From positions 1 to 38,751 of the IMG/VR virus record IMGVR_UViG_3300017589_000252: DNA of 38,751 nt, one strand, 5' to 3'. Below the pieces are notes generated by a model. That model saw only the letters and a program-made list of their open reading frames with translations, made no database searches and was not told where the DNA came from. Positions 1-7,723 of this stretch are shown one piece after another. The translations under genes were made by a program, and so were the position numbers. How positions within the stretch are numbered: the stretch's first letter is position 1; the number at the start of each line of letters is the position of its first letter. Source of the DNA: a virus. Taxonomy: Duplodnaviria; Caudoviricetes.

Positions 1-576
1 TTAACTAACGCTTATGGCGCTATGCGACCTATCAGCTAAGTCTAAACTATACACTATCTCTGAAAGCATAATTCCATACGCGTAGCGTCCATTAAACTGT
101 TCTCCAACGTAGCATAATATGTTCTCAGTTTTGTAACTTGGATATATTCGAACAGCGCGTTCAAGAATCGGCTTTATTCTATATACAAGCACTTCAAAAT
201 GTTCTTCGCATAATGTAGACTTGAATATTTTATAGGCTTTATAAAAATCAATCTTAGGTATGTATTCAATGTGGTGGTATAAGTGTTCCCCGTAAAAGTT
301 TATTATGCAGGCTACACCAAGCTGACACGTTCCGATCGTATAATTTTTCACTGGTCTTTTTATGATTAAATTTAGAGCAATAGAAATTATAAGTAAAGAG
401 TACTCTCCCAATCTAATAAACAGAGGGCGGCATTTGGTTTCAATTAAATAAATAGAAACCAACAAATTATGTGGAAATCCATTATTGCGTTCAAGCGCAA
501 GTAGAGCACTGATTGTGCGTCTATATTTTTTAAGTCTTTTGGAATCCACAATCGCTTCAATCGTAATATTTTTCAT
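1..576 (-). CDS. Cargo protein, possible lysozyme/SLT-like fold with a hydrophobic segment
   Basis: AT-rich 191-aa ORF. Motifs IYLIET, YTIGTCQLG and FNGRYAYG are in lysozyme-like order. The function is inferred. Confidence 0.7.
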   Translation of the reverse strand: MKNITIEAIVDSKRLKKYRRTISALLALERNNGFPHNLLVSIYLIETKCRPLFIRLGEYSLLIISIALNLIIKRPVKNYTIGTCQLGVACIINFYGEHLYHHIEYIPKIDFYKAYKIFKSTLCEEHFEVLVYRIKPILERAVRIYPSYKTENILCYVGEQFNGRYAYGIMLSEIVYSLDLADRSHSAISVS

Positions 577-585
577 GCCTGATAT

Positions 586-1011
586 TTATAATTTAAGAAT
601 ATCATTAAGAAAACTATCTGAGCTTTTTCCTCCTGCTTTAGCAGACTTCCACAAATCCTCTAACTCGCGTTGGTATGAATCGCTTCCGGTCATCTTTTCC
701 ACTGGCCGATCTAAAACAGTTTGTAGCGCAATTTCATAAATTATTTTGAGATCTTTTTGTTGATATGCAAAAATAATTAAAAGGCCGCCATTGATTTCGA
801 CACAATATGAATCATATTCAAGCAACATCGGCCAATAATAATCATTTTTACGTGAATAAAAATATTGGTGCGATCCGATCAGATATCTACGTAGGGATTC
901 ATTTTTGTATCCATCCAAATAATTTGGGATTCTAGACCATTTAATCTCCTCACTTACAGTTAGGTCAAGGAGTTTGTTTATAACATTTAAATTAAATTCC
1001 CCACTGTTCAT
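586..1011 (-). CDS. Hypothetical cargo protein
   Basis: AT-rich 141-aa ORF with a GAGG RBS, overlapping the upstream gene by 20 nt. Confidence 0.75.
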   Translation of the reverse strand: MNSGEFNLNVINKLLDLTVSEEIKWSRIPNYLDGYKNESLRRYLIGSHQYFYSRKNDYYWPMLLEYDSYCVEINGGLLIIFAYQQKDLKIIYEIALQTVLDRPVEKMTGSDSYQRELEDLWKSAKAGGKSSDSFLNDILKL

Positions 1012-1462
1012 TTTCGACTGCCTCCTCGCGTTGTAATATTGCTATTATATCATTATATTTTAAAAGGATATCACTGAAATGCTGCTTTGTATCTGAGCTA
1101 GGTGTAATAATTTGACTTAAAAACGCTCTAACAGTATTAATTTTTTCTTTTTCTTGATAAGATAGCTTCAAATCTTCTCCGTAAATTGTTGCTAGTGCAT
1201 TGTCTACCTTTGGAACCGTATCAGCAAAATAGGCTGGATCTTCTGTTAAAAGATACATTCTGTTGTTCGACAAATAATCAATTATGCTTTTTCTTTTTTT
1301 TGCAAAACTTCTTTGACCAATAAATGTTTGCATTTCAGCATTTATGCTTTTTGTTTTACTAAAGATTATAATTGAAAAAACAAGGCCAACAGCTCCAACG
1401 CCTAGTCCGAGAATTCCAACCACCAAGCCAGCAATGTCCACACGCTCACGCCCAATAATCAT
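992..1462 (-). CDS. Hypothetical membrane-anchored cargo protein
   Basis: N-terminal TM helix (IAGLVVGILGLGVGAVGLVFSIIIF). Start is ATG 1462 or GTG 1441; the ORF-track start at 1519 lies upstream of the promoter. Confidence 0.75.
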   Translation of the reverse strand: MIIGRERVDIAGLVVGILGLGVGAVGLVFSIIIFSKTKSINAEMQTFIGQRSFAKKRKSIIDYLSNNRMYLLTEDPAYFADTVPKVDNALATIYGEDLKLSYQEKEKINTVRAFLSQIITPSSDTKQHFSDILLKYNDIIAILQREEAVENEQWGI

Positions 1463-1474
1463 TATATTTTCATA

Positions 1475-1503
1475 ATGATATATTATTCGGCAATTATTGT
1501 CAA
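1475..1503 (-). promoter_or_regulatory. SigA-type promoter for the cargo operon
   Basis: TTGACA-17 nt-TATCAT on the - strand, just downstream of the lysis terminator. Confidence 0.75.
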
Positions 1504-1533
1504 TGAACTTTAATAACAATATTTGCGCATATC

Positions 1534-1574
1534 AAAAACGCCGGGAGCCTACCATCTAAGGTAAGCCCCCGGCG
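1534..1574 (-). terminator. Intrinsic terminator of the late/lysis operon
   Basis: CGCCGGGGGCTTACC-TTAGAT-GGTAGGCTCCCGGCG stem (with G-U pairs) followed by TTTTT. Confidence 0.85.
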
Positions 1575-1580
1575 ATCTTA

Positions 1581-1829
1581 TTATAGCCCACCCTGGATTA
1601 AACGCTTTTCGTGGTCGTCAAGCTGGTTGTCCTGCTTTTCCTCATGCTTCCAAATGCGGTCATGAGATTTGCCGTTGTCCGCAGTCAGCACAGCAACCTC
1701 TCTTTGCAAGTTATCCACTACGACAGTAAGCGTGGTAATGGATTTTGTTAATGATACCATTGGCCTTACGATGGTTGCAACTAGCCCTGCCAGCGTAACA
1801 ATTACCAGAACCACGCTCCACTCCGTCAT
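1581..1829 (-). CDS. Small membrane protein with coiled coil (holin/XhlA-like lysis accessory)
   Basis: One N-terminal TM helix followed by a heptad region; located in the lysis module. Confidence 0.7.
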   Translation of the reverse strand: MTEWSVVLVIVTLAGLVATIVRPMVSLTKSITTLTVVVDNLQREVAVLTADNGKSHDRIWKHEEKQDNQLDDHEKRLIQGGL

Positions 1830-1832
1830 GGC

Positions 1833-2015
1833 CTACTCCCCCTTGTTAGCTATTTTTTGTGCCTGTGTGCCAAAGTAAAAGGCGATGATGGTCGTGTAAA
1901 TAGTTCCAAACGGCTCCGGCATGGTTCCGCTGATTGACAGATATGCAAACACTCCGGTCAATGCGAGTGTAATAATCGATTTTACATCGATGAGTTTTGC
2001 CAGTTTCTCTTTCAT
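1833..2015 (-). CDS. Putative holin
   Basis: 60 aa, two TM segments, C-terminal IIAFYFGTQ, GGAGG RBS; adjacent to the endolysin. Confidence 0.8.
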   Translation of the reverse strand: MKEKLAKLIDVKSIITLALTGVFAYLSISGTMPEPFGTIYTTIIAFYFGTQAQKIANKGE

Positions 2016-2029
2016 AATATGCGCCTCCA

Positions 2030-3526
2030 TTATTTCATGGCCGCAGCCATTTTTATGATCAGAGTCTGGACGTTGGCCGTGCTGTACAGGCCGTCTTTCC
2101 AGTATTCCGGCGTGGTGACGATCCCGGCGAGCACCAACTTGTCCACCGCCTCGTCCAGTGTGATTCTGGGTGTCATAGCAGACTGCACGTCGGCCCGGAA
2201 GTCGTCCATAGACTTCCCATGCTCTGGGAACCAGTGCAGCACATCGGCGTGGTTGGACGCGATACCGGCCTTGTATCCCTCTGCGTGACAGAGGATCTCG
2301 GCGGGATCTCCACCCAGCTCCTCCATGAGGTAGGCGAAGAGTGAGACGGCCTTTGCATATACATTCTCAAAATATGCCTGCACCTCACTTGCCGGGTACT
2401 GCAGGGAGCTGCCCTTCCTGTTTTGCAGGGCTTTCAGTGTGGCCTTGCCGCAGTACCCGTCCACCGTCAGCCCCTTGGCCTTCTGACAGGCTCGCAGCGC
2501 GGCATCGGTGCCGGAACCGAAGCTGCCGTCAATGCCCTTTGGATCATATCCCAGCGCCGTAAGCTCCTTCTGGAGCAAGGTGACGGCATAGACCGTGTTG
2601 TCCTTGCCGCCCTTGCTCAGCGTGAGCCAGTTGGCCGACAGCACCCGCGTCTGGATAGGCTCACAAATCTCACACGCCACATGGGTGCCGTTGGCCGTCG
2701 AGCCGCTGTGCCAGCTCCTGATGCCCAGCGGCAGTGTCTGATAGATCCCGGTGTCGTCGATCACAAACTCTACCGAGCAATCTGCCTCCAGCTTATCCCA
2801 CGCGGCGATGATATTAGCCGTCGTCGCACCCGGCGTCCCGGTGCTATGCAGCATGGCCTTACTTTTGCTGCATTTTACCTGATTGGTATAGCAGCGGTTC
2901 TTGGTCATGATGCGCTGGATGATATCCATACCGTGATCCTCCTTTTTGAGATATACCATTATCAGATTATGCACTTTTCTGTCGCTTGTGACCTGTTTAC
3001 CCGCAAAATCGCACTGAGAAGAACCGCCAGAATCGAGCATGATTGCCGATGTACACCCAAGGGAGATGAGTTCGTCACGCAAACTCTCGGGTGTCTTGGC
3101 GTCCGCTGTGCCGTCACCGGAAACGTACAGACACAGCTTGTCACCTGCAATGCCTATGGCCGTTCTGCCTCTTGCGCCGCCCTGTGCAGATGTATACGCC
3201 AGCTTGTCCACCTTGCCGTTTGCATCGATAAGGGCGTTGCAACAGATATAATTTTGCTCTGTGGAATTGGGCACAACGGTCATTGAAATGTCAGCGGCGT
3301 TCCACGAATAGCCCCAATATGTGTATTGGTCTCTTGCGTGAACCATGCCGTCTGCTTTCAGGTGGCACACAGGCTTGAATGTTGACATATTGTACAAGCC
3401 GCCGTTGACGATGTAGTCGGCTCCCGTCTCTGCCTTAATGGTGGCGAGTGACTTCTTTGCGGTATTGATGTAAATTTGTATTCGCTCGATTGTGGAGAGC
3501 GGAATGGTTGCTGTTTGTTTACTCAT
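2030..3526 (-). CDS. Endolysin: phosphodiester glycosidase (NAGPA-like) domain + Amidase_2 with inserted PG_binding_1 domain
   Basis: N-terminal NGG, RTAIG and LDSGGSSQ. Amidase motifs LHSTGTPG, WHSG, CEICE, CHAEG and NHAD. PG-binding LQKELTALGY..IDGSFG..T..A....QK..GL.VDG..G..T. Start ATG 3526 with a GGAGG RBS. Confidence 0.9.
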   Translation of the reverse strand: MSKQTATIPLSTIERIQIYINTAKKSLATIKAETGADYIVNGGLYNMSTFKPVCHLKADGMVHARDQYTYWGYSWNAADISMTVVPNSTEQNYICCNALIDANGKVDKLAYTSAQGGARGRTAIGIAGDKLCLYVSGDGTADAKTPESLRDELISLGCTSAIMLDSGGSSQCDFAGKQVTSDRKVHNLIMVYLKKEDHGMDIIQRIMTKNRCYTNQVKCSKSKAMLHSTGTPGATTANIIAAWDKLEADCSVEFVIDDTGIYQTLPLGIRSWHSGSTANGTHVACEICEPIQTRVLSANWLTLSKGGKDNTVYAVTLLQKELTALGYDPKGIDGSFGSGTDAALRACQKAKGLTVDGYCGKATLKALQNRKGSSLQYPASEVQAYFENVYAKAVSLFAYLMEELGGDPAEILCHAEGYKAGIASNHADVLHWFPEHGKSMDDFRADVQSAMTPRITLDEAVDKLVLAGIVTTPEYWKDGLYSTANVQTLIIKMAAAMK

Positions 3527-3923
3527 TTTGTGCCTCCAATGCGTTGATCTCGTCCCTAATGGCCTGACGTTCTGCGTGGAGCGTGGCAATGTCATAGGGC
3601 GCATCCAGCCCGGCCAGCTGGTACTCAGAGCACTTGATGATCTTGTAGTCGGTGGCTGCGAGCTTGGTTTTCAGGGCAGCGATTTGTTCCGCTGGCGTTG
3701 GTTCGCTTGGTATCGCGGGGCTTGGCTCTGGCATAGGTGGCGCTTCAAAGCCGTTATCCGTTTTTATGTACCCGGTTTGGACGTCGACCGTGCCCTCGAC
3801 GCTTTCACAGCCCTGTAAAAAATCTGGCGCGTATCGGTCGGTAATTGGAATGCCCGGAAAGATCGGGTCATCGGATGGAATTATTTCGGTTACGATGTCT
3901 TCGACAATTCGCAAATATTTCAT
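3519..3923 (-). CDS. Phage tail fibre-associated protein (possible assembly chaperone)
   Basis: C-terminal LAATDYKIIKCSE...ERQAIRDEINALE, typical of genes following fibre genes; Pro-rich linker. Confidence 0.7.
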   Translation of the reverse strand: MKYLRIVEDIVTEIIPSDDPIFPGIPITDRYAPDFLQGCESVEGTVDVQTGYIKTDNGFEAPPMPEPSPAIPSEPTPAEQIAALKTKLAATDYKIIKCSEYQLAGLDAPYDIATLHAERQAIRDEINALEAQNE

Positions 3924-3938
3924 TTCGTTTCTCCTCTC

Positions 3939-4709
3939 TTACCACATTACGATAACGGCGCCTTGGCCGTTTCCTCCATTGGCGCCTTGTTGGCCGGTGC
4001 CACCGCCGCACCCTCCCCCGCAAGAAGTTCCCGCTTTGCCAATGCAGTAAGAGCCTACTCGGCCAGCCCCCCCGCCTCCACCTGTGCCATGACTCTCAGC
4101 ACCTGAGACTTCTATTAGGGAACCGGCCGAGCCTGTACCAGATAGTCCTCCGTTTCCTCCGCTTGACGGTGGGGCTAAGAAAGAAAAACCACCTCCGCCT
4201 CCGCCTCCGCCTCCGCCTCCAGAAACCGAAGTATGCCCACATCCACCGCCTGCGCCCCCAGTGCCCCCCCATCCGCTGGCATAGATACCGCCCCCAGCGC
4301 CGCCTGAAGCTGATACGATAGCGCCAAAAGACGAAGCACCTCCAGCGCTACCTGAAGCAGAAGCGCTTCCGCCCGCTCCAGAGCCACCGATAGTTACTGC
4401 AACGGCTGAAGTGGAAACTAATGCATAGGAGTGTTTTTTAACGTAGCCACTTCCGCCTCCACCTCCGCCGCCGTAGGATTGGTTCCCAGCGCCGCCACCG
4501 CCCCCGCCGCCGTATCCACCGCCACCGCCGCCTCCGCCGCCGTATCCAGAAGTACCTCCGCCGATGCCGCCAGCGCCCCCGACAGCGGTTGGACCTCCAG
4601 CTCCGCCACCGCCTCCGCCGATGCAAATGATGTTTAGAACATCGCCTATACTTAAACCATATGTTGCCGGGTTGAACGACCCGCTATTTTCAAATACCAC
4701 CATACCCAT
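3939..4709 (-). CDS. Glycine-rich tail fibre/adhesin-like protein
   Basis: Multiple poly-Gly runs, CIGGGGGG, SSFG and a terminal GQGAVIVMW; located in the distal tail module. Confidence 0.8.
   Translation of the reverse strand: MGMVVFENSGSFNPATYGLSIGDVLNIICIGGGGGGAGGPTAVGGAGGIGGGTSGYGGGGGGGGGYGGGGGGGAGNQSYGGGGGGGSGYVKKHSYALVSTSAVAVTIGGSGAGGSASASGSAGGASSFGAIVSASGGAGGGIYASGWGGTGGAGGGCGHTSVSGGGGGGGGGGGFSFLAPPSSGGNGGLSGTGSAGSLIEVSGAESHGTGGGGGAGRVGSYCIGKAGTSCGGGCGGGTGQQGANGGNGQGAVIVMW
4192..4220. repeat. (CCTCCG)n hexamer tandem repeat encoding poly-Gly
   Basis: About five consecutive CCTCCG units. Confidence 0.8.
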
Positions 4710-5196
4710 TGAAGCTTGCTCCCTTCAAAATAAATTCATAGGTACTAATTTGTCCTGGCTCGTTTCCGAATCGCGGTTTCGCCCCCCCACTACCCTGTAA
4801 AATAAAATTTCCGTTTGTGCTGCTGTAAATAGCCGTACAGTAGCTTCCGGCTATTGCTTTCTGCGGTTTTCCAAGGCCATCAACCAAAGCATGGGCGCCT
4901 GTGGCGTTGACGTTCAGTGTGGCACCCTTGTTCATGGCTGCGTGCAGCTTGAACCGCACCGTTGCACCATCAGCGAGAACAAAGCCGGCTTGTACCAAGG
5001 TCAGCGCATCACCCGTTCCGGCGGTTGTTCCGCTTGCGGCGAGGAACTCGTCAAGAGCGGCTTTGTTTATGGGCTTTCCTGCTTCGCTGGGGTTGTCCGC
5101 GTACTCGACGGTAGCGTAAAACGGCGCGCCGCCGCCTTCCGGTGTAATGAGCTTTCTGTTTGGGTGCACCGGTACCCTGTCGATGTTCTGTATCAT
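4690..5196 (-). CDS. Tail fibre N-terminal/base protein
   Basis: DRVP..PNR...ADNPSEAGKPINKA N-terminus and an ATLNVNATGA fibre motif. Confidence 0.75.
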   Translation of the reverse strand: MIQNIDRVPVHPNRKLITPEGGGAPFYATVEYADNPSEAGKPINKAALDEFLAASGTTAGTGDALTLVQAGFVLADGATVRFKLHAAMNKGATLNVNATGAHALVDGLGKPQKAIAGSYCTAIYSSTNGNFILQGSGGAKPRFGNEPGQISTYEFILKGASFNGYGGI

Positions 5197-5204
5197 CTGC
5201 TATC

Positions 5205-5675
5205 TCACTCCCCTGCGTAAAATGTGCCGCAATAGCGGAAGCTCTCAATCATGCCGACCAGATACCCTTCGACCTCTTGAAGCAACTGCTCAATCTGGTT
5301 CGCCTCGGTCACAGTCATGTAGTCCGTCGTAGCGGGCAGCGCACCGGCTCCGTAGAATCCTGCCTTCAGGGCGGCGACGTTGGCCAGGTACACAGCCCGC
5401 TGCGTCTCGGTCGGTATGTCGTCTGCTGTCCAGTCGGTCTTGGTTGAGACGGTAATCGGGTACCCGTATCCGGCGAGCGTGTCCCTCAAATACTGGACCG
5501 CCTCACCCACTCGGTTGAAGTCGGTTGCGTTGTATGCCCCCCGGCCGGCGGCCCATGCGGTGAGCTCGCCCGGTGTGAGGCTAGCCCATCCGGTGGCGTT
5601 TGCCTTCGCTTTAATTGCGTTGATGGCTGCTGCTTCGGCCGGGATCCGGTATGTGATCAGCGTCGGCCAGCTCAT
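5205..5675 (-). CDS. Tail/baseplate protein
   Basis: GAYNATDFNRV..KTDW..DIP motif; coupled to neighbouring genes in the tail module. Confidence 0.7.
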   Translation of the reverse strand: MSWPTLITYRIPAEAAAINAIKAKANATGWASLTPGELTAWAAGRGAYNATDFNRVGEAVQYLRDTLAGYGYPITVSTKTDWTADDIPTETQRAVYLANVAALKAGFYGAGALPATTDYMTVTEANQIEQLLQEVEGYLVGMIESFRYCGTFYAGE

Positions 5676-7348
5676 CCTCTCACCACCGTTTCTGCCAGGA
5701 ATCCGCCTGTCAAGTTGATGTTCATTGTCGTGATGACTCCGGTTTTCCTGGCGTTCAGCATCGTGTCAACGTCGACGTTGTCGCCGAGGTCTTCGTCCTC
5801 CACGGTCAGCGTGAATCCCTGCAGAATGCGGCGCTGGTAGTCTTCGTAGATGAACTGCGCGACTGCGGCCGCGTTCTCGGCTGAAATCAGGAATACTCCG
5901 GGCACGGTTGCTTGGCTGCGGGTTGCTGCCGTGAGGTCTGGTGCTTCGTACACCCAGCTGCTGGTCTGTGGTGTGTACTTGTACCCGGTAATCGTGACCA
6001 CGCCTGGCGCGGCTACGGTTATGCGGGCTGCCAGAAGGCTGCTACTGACTATCGTGGCGCCGGTGATCGTCAGTGTTGCCGCTGGGGTGCTTAGCTGAAC
6101 GTCGTATGTCCCCGCGGCCAGGGTTGCTTTGTAAAGTGCTGAGGTGGTCGTGTCGAGCGTGAAGGCGTATGCCGTGACCGCGACGCTGTTCTTCAGCGTC
6201 CGCTGCGCCATCGTCAATCCACCCTGCTTCCTATTTTTCTCGATCGGCTTTGCCACGGTGGCATTCGGCAGTCTGACTATCGCGACCCCTCCTGCCCGTG
6301 TGGCTTTGCAAGTGGACCTGGTGGCCACGCATAAATGTTGGAGGGCCTGGCGAACTGTCCCTGCTGGCGGATACCCGTACAGAAGCTCGGCGCCGACCGT
6401 CGCGTCTATTGTGTAGTCCGTCCAGCCGGCCGCTGCGAAAACGGCCGCGAAGGCCACGCTCGCCGCGGTTCCGGCCAGCATGGTGGCCGGTGTGTATTGT
6501 TGCTCCTGGAAGACCCCGAGGATGCTGTACGCGGTGAAGTGTGAGCTGACTGGGGAGGTATTCTCCCAAGTGTCCAGGTAGAAGGTGCCCATTGCGATCG
6601 CGACCCCGTCTAGGTACTCGGTAACAATGAGCTGCTGCTTTTTCTGAAGGGCGACGTACACGCCCTGGGGATTGAGCATGTTGAACATCTCACTGGTCTC
6701 AATCACGGAAAAGTCCAGGGTGTCAATAAGAATCTCCGCACCGGTTGGGTTGACCTCAGAGGCGATGCTGGCCGTCCGCAGCTTGCCCTTGCTCCACACC
6801 ACTATCTGGCCGTAGTCCAGCTCTGCGATTTTGACCCGGCGACCGGGCAGGCTGGTCTCCGTGAAGGTGATTACAATTTTGTTGAAGTCTTCGACCAGCT
6901 GTGCCAGGGAAAAAAGCATGCCCGTCGGGTTGTAGGTCTCTGTGGCCAGAAGCGCGGTGTTGTAGTACCAGTCGACCTGCAGCTCTGCCGGGTAAGCGTC
7001 GCCGGCGAAGGTGAAGGTGAGCCCCGGCACCGTGTGAACCGTCCCGAAGGTCAGCGTCAAGACAGGCGGTACCGCGAAGGCGCGGGTGGTGTCGTCGGTT
7101 CTGGTGCCCGTGACGGCGCCCCATGTGATGCTGCTCGCGTCGTCCGGTGCGGCTCGCTTGGTGCCGTCCAGAACCCATTGGTTTGGCTCAAGCGTGGCCC
7201 TGTCGGCGGCCTCCACGACGTAGAGGTTGTCGCCAATGTCGGCCAGATCTGAGGCGGCCAGCTTGTCCGGCATCGCGTAGCTTACGTCGGCCTTCGCCGT
7301 TGGGTCGACCAGCTGGTGCTTTATCTCGGTGTATGTGCGTCTTCCCAT
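5672..7348 (-). CDS. Tail tip/baseplate hub protein
   Basis: 558 aa, beta-rich, second gene after the tape measure; contains MGTFYLDTW. Confidence 0.75.
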   Translation of the reverse strand: MGRRTYTEIKHQLVDPTAKADVSYAMPDKLAASDLADIGDNLYVVEAADRATLEPNQWVLDGTKRAAPDDASSITWGAVTGTRTDDTTRAFAVPPVLTLTFGTVHTVPGLTFTFAGDAYPAELQVDWYYNTALLATETYNPTGMLFSLAQLVEDFNKIVITFTETSLPGRRVKIAELDYGQIVVWSKGKLRTASIASEVNPTGAEILIDTLDFSVIETSEMFNMLNPQGVYVALQKKQQLIVTEYLDGVAIAMGTFYLDTWENTSPVSSHFTAYSILGVFQEQQYTPATMLAGTAASVAFAAVFAAAGWTDYTIDATVGAELLYGYPPAGTVRQALQHLCVATRSTCKATRAGGVAIVRLPNATVAKPIEKNRKQGGLTMAQRTLKNSVAVTAYAFTLDTTTSALYKATLAAGTYDVQLSTPAATLTITGATIVSSSLLAARITVAAPGVVTITGYKYTPQTSSWVYEAPDLTAATRSQATVPGVFLISAENAAAVAQFIYEDYQRRILQGFTLTVEDEDLGDNVDVDTMLNARKTGVITTMNINLTGGFLAETVVRG

Positions 7349-7352
7349 ATCG

Positions 7353-7721
7353 TCAGCTCCTCGCCGGGGTCTTCGCGAGGAAATGAACGGTCAGGTTCTT
7401 GAAGTAATTCTTTTCCGCCGTTTGTCTTTTCAGCTCATCCCCGACGCTGGCGAAGTATGCTTGGAAGGAATAATCGCCGGCCTCGTCTGGGACTATGACC
7501 GTGTGGAACTCTTCGGGCTCGGTGAGCTTATCCCAGAGCCTGGCGTACTCGGCCGTGTCGGTCGTGCTGCCGAACTCCAGCTGATAATTGAAATACACCC
7601 CGATGAGCTCCCGGGAGAGGTCGCCGTCTTCGGTTCGGTTCGCGTACTTGTCCAGGAAGGCGGCGCCTCGTTTGAGGCCCTTCACTGGTACGTCGTATGC
7701 GAGCCCGTCTATCTGTACCAT
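7353..7721 (-). CDS. Distal tail (Dit-like) protein
   Basis: Directly follows the tape measure gene; ANRTEDGDLSRELIG motif; GAGGAGG RBS before ATG 7721. Confidence 0.75.
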   Translation of the reverse strand: MVQIDGLAYDVPVKGLKRGAAFLDKYANRTEDGDLSRELIGVYFNYQLEFGSTTDTAEYARLWDKLTEPEEFHTVIVPDEAGDYSFQAYFASVGDELKRQTAEKNYFKNLTVHFLAKTPARS

Positions 7722-7723
7722 GC

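Noticed and set aside
4175-4800. Ala-, Arg- and Pro-rich short ORFs in alternative frames
   Set aside because: By-products of poly-Gly codon repeats.
3939-5196. Diversity-generating retroelement or invertible tail-fibre cassette
   Set aside because: No reverse transcriptase, TR/VR repeat pair, invertase or flanking inverted repeats were seen.
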